This document shows positions 24,301-35,777 of a stretch of DNA of 42,482 bases, one piece after another. Every line of letters begins with the position of its first letter. Position 1 is the first letter of the stretch. The notes beneath the pieces are model-generated. The model made no database searches and was not told where the DNA came from. It worked only from the letters and a program-made list of their open reading frames with translations. A program made the position numbers and the translations under genes. Origin of the DNA: Proteromonas lacertae (lineage: Eukaryota); NCBI GenBank assembly GCA_002245135.1, contig NGBS01000045.1, forward strand, positions 1 through 42,482, in the 5' to 3' direction.

Positions 24301-25506
24301 TAAAGAAATTAGAAAGCATATTGAATCTGTAGATCAAGTTCCGTTGAAAGTTCATTGTTTTATAAGAAGTCATCCTCTTCGTATAAAAGAGATGATTGAT
24401 ATAATGATTGAGAATGGATTGACGATTTGTACAATGGGAAGTTGTTATTTATCATCAAATTTGGATTTCTTTAATCAAAGTGATATTAGCATTTCTATAA
24501 ATCGTGATTTTGAAAAGTATAAACATTGTAGTCATGTTTTACCACCTCCTAAAGAGATATTTATTACTGAATCTATACTCTCTTATAATACATCATTAAA
24601 ACTATCACATAATACACAATTAACTTCAATTATCCCATTACTAACAATGAGTAGATCATCAGTTAAGAGTATTACCAATTCACTTTTGTATTATATTACA
24701 ATCGCAATGATGAATATTGTTATGTATTTAATAATGTCAATTACAACAATTCCATTCAATTTCATTGGTTCTTCTGTTTTAATCATTTCTATTATTTCCA
24801 GTGTTTTAATGTCTATTTCCATATTTTTGAATAATGATAATACAGTAGAAAGCTATTCAATTTTGCCAGAAAAGAACTTAGAAAGATTACACATGCCCTT
24901 ATTTGAAAGATTTAAACCAATAGCAAGTGGTTATTTCTTAAGATCTTTGTTTTCAGGAATTGTCTTAGTGTTGTGTTCAATATTTATATTTACAGATAAT
25001 CTATCAGAAGAAGTAAAAGATGGATGGAATATATTCATATACAATGAGAAAAGTTTAGATGAATATGATGTTTCAGTAGGAGATGCAGTGATGGAAGTTG
25101 AAGTGTTTTATATATTCTATTCAGCTGTATTGTTAATTATTCATGGCTTCTGTTCAATGTCTCAATATCAATCAATAATTGTGACTAAGCCATGGAAATC
25201 TAGAATATTTTACATTTGTTCATTAGTTACAATTATTATTCATGTGATAATGGCAATATTAGTTGGTGTAAGTTATGAATCAATAAATAGACTGTATAAG
25301 TTTAAGATGAAATATCCTTGGTTTGTATGGTTAATAGTATATTATTATTATTATTATATATTATTTAATAGATGGTTGTTTATATGCTGTTAATAATAGT
25401 GATTGATGAGTTATTGAAAAGAAGAGATAGAGTTCCATATGTATCAAATCAAATATTCAAAAGAATGGTATTTAGATCTAAACTTGGAATGTATTCTCCA
25501 AGATAA
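21343..25506 (+). CDS. TMEM94: TMEM94/KIAA0195-like P-type-ATPase-fold membrane protein (one -1 indel at ~24285)
   Basis: GVRLVYFS...KMGINTDWNCYITL, AKLPFGIKEIRKHIESVDQVPLKV...EMIDIMIENG...MGS and the C-terminal SKLGMYSPR* match TMEM94 family motifs. It has several TM helices and no DKTGT was seen. Introns are at 21371-21397, 21489-21525, ~22681-22723 and 25338-25371. Confidence 0.85.
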
Positions 25507-25614
25507 ATTACTTTTATTGTTCTTTTGTTTATTTTTATAAATAACAAAAATGAATGGATATAGAATGTATGATTTTAATAATAATAATAAGTTGGAAATG
25601 TTAATTAATAACAT

Positions 25615-28171
25615 TTAATAGTTTTCTACTGGTGCGACTTTCTCATGTTTTTCTTTCTTTACTCTTCTGAATATACATACAGAAATACCACAAATCAATA
25701 AAACACCAACTAAACATCCAATTACTATTCCAGCAACTGCTCCACCACTTAAACCATCTTCTGATGGAGTAATACTTCCACTTCCTTCATAAGCAACTTT
25801 TTCATCATCAGGAATTTCTGGTTTTGGATATATATCACTATAATCATCATTAGGTTTGGTTGTTGGATAGGTTAAATATTGATTCTTTATATCATCAAAT
25901 ACTTCATCCACTTTCAATTTCATGTAATTCATTGTTTCATTAGAATCTTTGTTAAAATCAACAACTTCTAATATGTTTGATATTCTAAATACAGCATCAT
26001 AATCAGTAATACCACATTTTCCATTGTTTAACATATAAAATTTCTTAGTTCTGAATACACTACTACCAAAAGATACTTTACTGATTTCTTTTGATAATAA
26101 TGCAGAATAGTATTCGATGTAGAAAATATAACTATTTGCTTTGTAAATATAAATATTTTCACTATATGAATAATTGAAACTATAATCATCAGGAATTGTT
26201 GTTGGATTAAAAGTAATATCTGCATAATTGTCAATTGTTGCTTTTGCTATACTCATTATAAATATAAAGTATTATAAATATACTTTCTCTTTTAAAAGAG
26301 TATGTATTACCTTTAATTGAAATAGTTATACTATCTCTTTCTCTCTTGATAATTGTTGGTTTTGATGAAAAATAATCATTCACAACTAATCTAGAATAAC
26401 TCTCAAAGTCTTTTACTGATTCTTTTTTGTTATTATAATTTTTGGTATAGGAGATGTAACTATGCTGTTTATCATATCCTGAATCTTCCCATTTTATTTC
26501 ATCTAATAAGTATATATAAGATAATATACTGATGGTTGTATTAATTTCGATATTATACACATATTGAACAAAACAATTTGAATAATCATAACTAGATGAT
26601 ATAAATTTACTACAATAATCTTTTACATTAACTGTGAATGTGTTTGGAGTAATAAAATAACCTTGATAATTATTGTTAATACTGTATTCCACTTCATAAT
26701 ATCCACTAATATCGTCATCTGCTGTAGCTTTATAAGCATTGACTCTTTCGTTTGATTTCATTAGTCTTCTAGTAAGACCATAACATGGATCTGAACTCTC
26801 ATAGTCAAAATTTACTTTATTCTGCAATTTTTCTTTGTGACTTTCTAACACTTCATCTATTCTTCTTGTTATATTTGCATATGCTATTCATAATATTATA
26901 AACTTAATAAATTATTATACGCATTTTTGTATATTTAGCAAAAACACTTATACCATAAAGAACATCGAACCAATCAGACTGAAGATCATTAAGATAATTT
27001 GTACAATAAATATTGTATTTATCAAATGGAACAGAAAAACAATATAATCCATTTTCTGTACCTGAAATATTAACTAATGTATAACTTTCATAATCAACAA
27101 ACTCTATAATTTTATTGAGTGTATAAGAATCGCTATTATAGTAAATTTCATAATAAAAACCAGATGTAAATCCACTAATTCCATTCTCATTTTCATTTAT
27201 GAATGTATAAGAGGTAATTGGTTCTTTTTCAAAATTAGAATTGATTATTTGATTAACTATGTAGTTTTTCCTTTTGTTTATATTAACATTAAAATATTCT
27301 GAATTGAGTGTTTGAGAATAAACTTCGATTGTAAATGGTGTTTCATATTTTATTCCATCATCTTTATTTTTATCTTTATCATCCAATCTTATAACATTCA
27401 ATATATTTGGATTATTGTCTATCTCTTCATAGTAATATGTATATTTTGTGGTCTTGTAGGAGGTTGGATAACTTGTATAGTTTACACAAATTACAGTTAA
27501 CTTACCATCACTTAACATTATCACAGCAAAGTCATTACTATATTTATTTTTAATTCTATCACTAATACCATATAATTTTGTTTTATAAACTGGAGATTTG
27601 ATTATTCTTTCTTCTTGTTCTTTAATTGTATTGATAAAACTATTCATTACTGTTCTACTATCAGCTAATTTCATATCATATTCACTCAGATCACTATATG
27701 GATATCTGGAAGTAGAATATATTTTTCTGTCTGGAAGTCTTACATATTTTGTTGAACCAATTGTACTATAATTATCTAACAGTATAATCATTAAATTAAA
27801 TACGATAATGATTTACTTTCTGACCAACTAAATTAACATTGACATAATATGATCCATTGTTTATATTACCAACTTCAATATCATTGGAGTAATAATTTCC
27901 ATTTTTAATGAATGAAAGTTCAGATGGTAAAGCAAAACTAGTTATATTTTCCATATTTAATTGCTCATTGATAGTAGTAGATTCTAATTATAATAATTTA
28001 ATAAATATACCATTTCTTTTAAGTGTTGTTACAGAGAAGAAATCTGTGGTTGGTATTTCAATACTCTTTTCTTTGATTGTAATTAAACAAGATGGGTTAT
28101 CATTGACAGCTTTGCAAATATCAGATTTTTCTATTCTCATCTTTTTAATTTCTCTATGAAGATGATATATT

Positions 28172-28202
<31 letters not shown>

Positions 28203-29593
28203 CTTGCAAGTATAATATCTTCTTTCAAGATCGTAATTTTTGAAATCATCATTTCTTTGCTTATCAGAAAAGAAAACAATTGATTTATCTTCATCTAAAC
28301 TTGTTATTGTCAAAATTGCTTTTGTATTACATTGATTTTTGTTTATATCACTTAGTGTTATTCGGTATATCATTCTACTGAAATAATAATCTGAATAATA
28401 TGAACTTCTTGTAACAGTAGCATAATAATCATTTGTCAAGAATGTATTATAATAATTACTTCCAATATCTATTTCACTATGTTGATTGTAGGTTAATTTT
28501 GGATATTCAACTTCGGTCATTTCAAAGTCTTGATTTGAACAACTACTTACAGGATAATCTCTTTCTATCTTCTCAATCATTTTCATTGTATGACTATGAA
28601 TGAATTCTTCTGTTTCATATTTAACATCATTTGCACTTTCTATTATTGTATAATAATAGTTAATCATACTATCAATGGTGTATCTAGTTCCATATACAAA
28701 GAAATTACTTAAGCTTAAGCTATTTCCACAGTAGCAGTATTTATCATCAGGTAATAACATCATACAATCATAACTTTTACCATCAAACGATAAACTCCTT
28801 CCATCATCTATTAACATATATAATATAAATTATATATCTATACCATAATCATGTATTATCACCTCTCCCTTTTTCAAATGAAATATTTTATTCATATAAT
28901 AGTAATTATAATAGTAATTTTCTATAACTGATAAAATTTCATAGTTATTTTCATCATCTTTCTTTGTATAGATGAAATTCTTGATATTTGGTTTATAAAA
29001 TGTAAAGCCAATATTCTCCATCAAATAGTTAACTTCTGATTCACTTCTTTCAAGAACATTATTAATGATAGAGTATGAAATGTAACTAAGTATATGCGAT
29101 TGAAATCTATTTAATGCCTTAATACAATTCATTTGTTTAACTTGTCTATTTAACAATAAAAACATCAATATATACGCATAAGTGTAAATACTTGAAGCAG
29201 ATATCTTATCACCACAATATAAACTGTTAATAGTACTTTTATCAAACTTATAAATGGATTTATCTTCGATTAAGGATAATTCAATAACATCACTTGTATA
29301 CTTATACATTGAGTAAAATATCTTGTAGTTATCATCATTAACATCAACAACATTAACAACACAAAGCGTTGTGCTGTTAAATACGTACATATCGCTATAA
29401 CTTTTACTCATAACTCCAATTGGCAGTTTGTTTCTTCTATCTTCACACACGTTTGAAGAACTTAGCTTGTGAGGTGATTTGACTTGATCAACTTCTCTAA
29501 TTGAGGAGCTTTCAACTGCAAACAACAGAACTGAATAAAGAATAAAATAATAGTGATACTGCAAAACAAAATAACTCTTGAAATACTTTCCAT
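25615..29593 (-). CDS. Large type I single-pass membrane/surface protein of unknown function (Tyr/Ser/Asn-rich ectodomain)
   Basis: The spliced signal peptide MESISRVILFCILLFAVES starts at ATG 29593. Consecutive minus-strand ORFs are joined by short GT-AG introns. It ends with GLSGGAVAGIVIGCLVGVLLICGISVCIF (TM), an RRVKK stop-transfer and a short tail. Confidence 0.75.
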
Positions 29594-29739
29594 TCAAAGG
29601 CGAGAATAATTCAAAATTCAAAAACGGTTTTTTGAAATTAGTGCACTTTTTTAAAATTACTAATAAACTATATATATTTCAAATTATTACTCATATTTGG
29701 CTTTATAAGTGATACACATCATTAATATACTCATAAACA

Positions 29740-30225
29740 TTACAATATACATCAAATTGACCATATTGAGCTTTTCGAATTAATTTGATAGTCGTTAGTA
29801 TTTGATGCAAGAATTACATATTGTATCTTTTTCTTCCTTTCTCTCAAAATTTAGTATAAATATCATATCCCTATAATGTCTTACTAATCATAATCCATTT
29901 CTTATACTTTATATAAACTCTTTACACCATATTTTGCCATATATAGTACATTCAATATCATTAGCATACAGCATATTCTAGACATTACCCTTGAACAATC
30001 ATTTTCAGAAACTGTTTGAATTTTTCTGATTTTTTTACATCCCCTATCAAAATACTTTGATATATCAATGCACTTTAGATGATATTATTCAATAACTACA
30101 TGTTCTTCAAAAATTCATTCTCTTTAACTACTTTATTTGATTAGATACTCCTATGCTTATACTTATTTGCATTATTGAATTCTAAGTAATTATATATTTA
30201 TATCAAATACTATTCAATACTCTCA
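29740..30225 (-). pseudogene. Decayed relic of the pseudokinase family (fourth copy)
   Basis: The minus strand reads NSKSSIWSI*CIL* (29740-29780; compare NERSVIWSIGCILYE) and YFDRG...CSRVMSRIC (compare YYDRD...CSVICGIC). It has many stops and the limits are approximate. Confidence 0.55.
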
Positions 30226-30393
30226 ATAAAACAAAAAACGATGAAACGACATTACTGTATTTTTGTGTATTTCTTTATCTTCATTATTCAACAACCAAAT
30301 AGAAAAACAATTCATATAAAACTTATACTATAGTATAATTAAAAATGAAAAATATATAATTTAACAAATTACCTACACAATAAGCAAATATTT

Positions 30394-32686
30394 CTAACCA
30401 CCCTCCCAATGAGGATCATCTATCTTAATAAACTGTTCATCATCAGAAGCACATCCATCATCACCTGCCACTTTCAATGGACGGAACGTTTCTGAGAATT
30501 CAGCTGGATATATTGGCGTAGGAACATACGGAGTCTCCATATCCAATATATCTACATAATAATAAATACATAATATACGTTTAAAGTCAATACAACTAAA
30601 GAACGGGTGTTTTTTCATATCTCTTGGATTAACCATTCTTTTATTGGGATCTTTATCTAATAAACATTGAATAAAGTCTTTAGCTGCATAACTAATCGTT
30701 TTGTTCAAACAAAACAACTTTCTCTTCTCTAAAGGAGGGAATTTCAATGGTTGAAAACAAATATTATACAATAAATCTTTTCCTTCACCTTTGAAAGGTG
30801 TAAATCCAAATAACATTTCATATATAAAAATACCATAAGACCACCAATCGATTCTTTTATCATATTCATTGCCTTGTGCTATTTCTGGACTTACATATTC
30901 TAATGTTCCAACTAATGAATTTGTTCTTTCCACTCTGATTCTTGTATCATTATTATCTTTCTTATTATCATCATATTCTTCTATAAATAATATATTAAAA
31001 TTTCATATATTTTTACTTTTAGATAAATCAAAATCTGTCAATATAACGTGGCCTGTTTCGTGTATTAATACATTTTCTGTTTTTAAATCTCTATACATAT
31101 ATCCTTTATTATGTAAGAACTCTAAAGCTAATAGAATCTCTGCTGCATAAAATATTGCTTGATTTTCTGGAATTCTGTAATGCGGTTGAGTTGATAAATA
31201 ATGGAATAAATCTCCTCCACAACAATACTGCATTGCTAAATATAAATTATTCTTTGTAGCAAATGCATAATGTAATGTGACGATGAATGGATGTTCGACA
31301 AATTCCATTAATTGTCTTTCTCTCATATATCTATCCAACTACAAAATAATTCAATTAAAAATCTAAATATAATATACTCTTCTTTTACCAATTTCATTCT
31401 CTTTAAATATCACTTTTAATGCAAAATATCTATTTCTACTTGGTAAATTCTATAATATAATATATAATAATAATATAATATACATGTCCTCTTACTAAAT
31501 ATACAGTTCCACTTGCTCCTTTTCCAAGAAATTTAATTAATTCGAAATTATGCAACGATACTTGACAATTCTTTAAAGTAATGGATTTTATATAACATTC
31601 ATATTGTAATCTTTTCTCTTCAAATTGACGAGGTGTTTGTATATGTTGTTTTGAATTCTTTCTTATCAAATTTTGGTGGATATTTTGCTTTTTTAAATTT
31701 TCGATTACTTTGTTTTTATTTTTGCTATTTTCATCTATTGAAGATGTTCTATCGTGTGCTGCTGAACTTTCAGACTTTGGAACGTGAATATAATCCGAAT
31801 GTGGCATTTCACTACCTACTGATTCTGATTCTTCTTCTCTGTTTAATAAACTACTTTTTCGTTTGCTCTCGTATCTCATTACTTGCTGTGGTAATTGTAA
31901 TGCTATTATATAATAATATAAACATCATATATATACTAATTAGAGATTGAACTAAATTTGCAGCATCACTTCCAGATTCTATTATATTCACTGTTTAAAT
32001 ATATATTAATATTTATATACAGTAATTTCCTACTTGTTGAATCACACTATCTGGAAGATTATTGTAATATTTGGCTTCTTGTAACTCTTTCAATTGAAGT
32101 AACATCAGCATATATTGATTTGAACATTCTTCTATAAATACGCCTATATTTTCATTAATTGTGAATAATTTGTTAATTAAATTCAAATATTCGTGAAATA
32201 TGTTCTTGTAATCCTCTTTATGCGTATCTCCATCAAATTCTATTATTCTTGTGATTAATAGCTGAGATATTTGAATTAACACAGGAATAAATCCTTTCTC
32301 ACCCATTTCTTTTAACACATCTTTATTAATATACTTATACAACGACTTAATTACACTAGGGACAGCTTGAAAAATCCTATCACCTGAACGAGAAGGAGAT
32401 ATTGTACCATTTGCAACAGAATACAATTCATGATAAAAGAAATTGGTCAATGATGTATATACAATTACAAACTATTAATAGATGATATTGCTTTATTATA
32501 CAATCTGTGAGAAAGTTAAGCTGCTTTGAGACTTTTCATTATTAATTCTTTCACCCAATTTTGATATATTATACGTAATTCCACTGATGGTAAGCTCACT
32601 TTCTATGATGTTCAACAATTCGTCAATCTAGAGAATAAAAAGTTAATAAAACAAACATGTTCTTCCTGAGTATCTTCATCTTCCAT
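30394..32686 (-). CDS. AGC-group Ser/Thr kinase of the DFDLS type (Fpk1/Kin82/Nrc-2/AGCVIII-like) with an N-terminal helical extension
   Basis: Motifs LGKGASGTVYLV, FALKVI, HPFIVTLHYAF, YRDLKTENVL, LTDFDLS, RTNSLVGTLEYVSPE and DWWSYGIFIYEMLFGFTPF. Upstream exons splice in frame back to ATG 32686 (MEDEDTQEEH). Confidence 0.9.
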
Positions 32687-33199
32687 TTATTATTGATTGA
32701 GACGGAATTTATCTTTACAAAAATAAACACAAATGATAAATAAAGTTAAAATTTATAGTCGTTTCTTTTTCTTCATGTCTTTTCGCTTTTTTGAGTTAAA
32801 TTGGGTTGTTATGAGAGAAATGAAATAATAAAGCAATGCATCATATAGTATTATACAAAATGATAAGATTTTTATGTCTGATTTAATTAATTATAAGAAG
32901 ATAATTGTTCTAAAATTATGGTTGTTTCATTTCATTTTTGTTTTTTGAATCTTTTGATTTCAATTACAAATTAGGCCAAAATATTTATTATAAGCAAGTT
33001 AAAGGAATTAAATGATGTTTATAGGTAAATTTTAGCAAAATAATGGTTTAAACTTTAGAATCTATTTTTTAAACTATTATATAACATAGGATATAGATGT
33101 ATTTAGATTATGGATTATAAATATGTGGATATACTATTATTATTATTAAGTTTATTAACATATTGAAATAATCAAAATGTATCTGAATTTATAACAACA

Positions 33200-34235
33200 T
33201 ATACTTGAGTTTCTTCTATTTTAGCATATTGAAATGTTTGTAATGCTAAATTTGATGGAGTTCTTAACTCTAATTCACCATTTTCATTCAATATTGCTGG
33301 CGATATTCCTACTATTTTAGTTGAACTAGTCATTTTACCATCTTTATCTTTTCATATTGTATTTACTACAAATTTCACTTTTATATTACCAGTATCTTGG
33401 AAATAAGTATGTTGTATTTCTCTTTTAATTAATTGTGTTTGAATGTTATTATTATTATCTGATTCATTTAATAGTAATTTCATTTTCATTGGTGTATATC
33501 CTTGTGCAACTCCATATTCTGGGAATATTCTTTCAATTATTGGAGGATAATAAACAATAAACTGTAGAATCTGTTTAGAATAAGAATGGCTGTTATTCAT
33601 TGATATTTTTACATCATAAATACCATCACTTCTAAACTATTTTAATATAATATATAAGTATAATACTTTCCCCAATGTGAATTTAATAGTTTTTTCATCT
33701 GTTCTCCTTCTTGTTACATTAAATATCTCTTTATTATCATTATAAAAACCTATTATAATGTGATTCGATTTGAATATATTAATACCAGTTAATTTAAAGT
33801 CATTATATCCACCAATTTGTTTACATCCTGGAGTGATTCTTCTAAATATTGGTTCATCATAGATCAATAAACTATCCATTGTATTTTCTTTACGTTCAGA
33901 ATAAAGAAATCCATTCATTGTAATAGTAACAAAACACTTTCCTGTATATTCTAATGGAGGTTTACAGGTTAATACAATTTTATCATTCTTTGTTCTCTTT
34001 TGTTCTGCTGGGTTTACCACTTCTTCACCTGTTTCAAATTTGAATTTTACTCTAAATCAATGTATAGATTCAGCAAGAGATGCACAAGTCATTTTCAAAC
34101 ATATATCTTTCCATTTCTTTTACTCTTCAGTTAGCATTTTCCTTCAATTGTCACTCTTTAGTAGCAGCACATTCATAATTGAAATGAGGAATTTCACAAA
34201 CCATACTATAATCATTCTCAGATTTTGCTGTTGTG
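33200..34235 (-). pseudogene. IPT/TIG-repeat protein fragment, disrupted
   Basis: IPT-like units: LTCKPP...VTITMNG..YS...IYDEPIFRRITPG..QIGG...LTG and VKISMNNSHSYS...F.VYYPPIIERIFPEYG..QG.T. There is an in-frame TGA at 33352-33354 and several stops at 34050-34150. No start codon could be identified. Confidence 0.6.
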
Positions 34236-34240
34236 TATAA

Positions 34241-35269
34241 CTATGGGAAGCTATCCATCCCAAAGATGAGAATAACTATCCAATCTATAATCCATCTGGT
34301 AAATAGAAGAATGAAGTGAAGATAGAAAAGTGATGAAAGAATATAAAGGGATTGGTGAAATAATAATCTATCAATTTCCTTATTTGGTAAGCGGCAAAGA
34401 AGAAGGTTTTAAAGGTCCATTTATAATTCGAGGTCGATTAGATGAAGAGAGATTAAACAGTGAAAGAATTCATGAATTAGAATCGACTTGACCATTACAT
34501 CATATAAGTCGAGAGAAATTAGAAGAAGAATTATTAGATCCTGAAGCAGAAGGATCATCTCCAGCTAAAGAAAGGAGGTGAAAATGCAGGAGTAATGAAT
34601 CCTGAAGATTATATTGCCATGCCAAGTTTAGAAGAAAATCGCTTATTTTGGATAGTAGAATGTGAATCAGTTTGTATATTTATAATGTTTATAATATTTA
34701 ATAATATTTGTAATAGAAAACGAGATACTGTTGATGATGTAAATCGTAATAAAGATGTAAGTAAATGGTTAGAAGAAGATCTGTTATGATTTGAAAAGGT
34801 AAAGAAAATCGAACAATCTATATGAACAATGATGTGAATGCAGTTCCAACATATTTAGAAGAAGAAGAAGTTGATATCTATCAAAGAAAGTAATTTAGAA
34901 TCGATGATAAATGAAACGAAAGAAGCTATGGATTAAGAAAATAAAGAATATACTGAACTATTAGAATTTGCGAAAAGTAAACAAGAAAATGGATTAAAAG
35001 TGTATATATAAATGATTTTATTATGATTTAATATAATAAAATAGACAATAAGTGAAAAGAAAGAAGAATATTTAAAGAGAAGACAAGATATAAGTAATAA
35101 TTTAGAAAATGATTGGTTAAAACGAGAAGAATATCGAAAGAAATTATTATTGATAGAAGAAGAAAAAGAGAAAGAAAGTGTAATTCGAGAGAAAGCGTTG
35201 AAAGAATATGAGAAAGAATTAAAGAAGAATGCTCCTAAAAAGAAGCCTCCTCCTAAGAAGAAGAAGTGA
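34241..35269 (+). pseudogene. Degenerate androglobin/calpain-7-like gene remnant with a large internal deletion
   Basis: LWEAIHPKDENNYPIYNPSGK* (34241-34306) resembles the IYP.....P.YNP.GKY motif of calpain-7/androglobin. It is followed by broken exons (WIVECES|KRDTVDDVNRNKDVSKW), a coiled coil and a KKKPPPKKKK* tail, with short GT-AG introns retained. Confidence 0.45.
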
Positions 35270-35777
35270 AGATTCAACTAACTCTTTTTATATTTTATAT
35301 AAATAATTATTGTTTGTAGTTTATAAAAATAAGATTGACTTTATGTTTTTTTATTGCTTTTACAAGGAAATTAAAATATTTGATTTATAACAAAATAAAA
35401 AAAAGGATGAGATATTTGATAAGATTGGTGAAGAGAAATAAAAATAATAGCTCCATCGAGCGAAATGAATAAGATTGTTTAGTTGAATATTAAAAAGTGT
35501 TAGTAGATAGAAATACAACAATTTTAAAGAAAGTCATAAACAGACAAAATTATTTATTAAATTAATATATGTGAATGTTTGTTGATAAATTTGAATAAAT
35601 GTAGCAACTCTATGAAAATTAACAACTATAATAATGTAATATTTAAATGATTCTTATTTTGTTGTTTTGATATAGTATGAATTAAAATTCATGATTATAC
35701 AAGAAAATAAAGAGATATTTGATATTTGGTTTATGAAAAACATTTCGAATAACCCAAATTCGTTATTATAAAAATTG

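Noticed and set aside
21343..25506. Canonical ion-pumping P-type ATPase
   Set aside because: No DKTGT or GDGxND motif was seen; the motifs fit the TMEM94 family.
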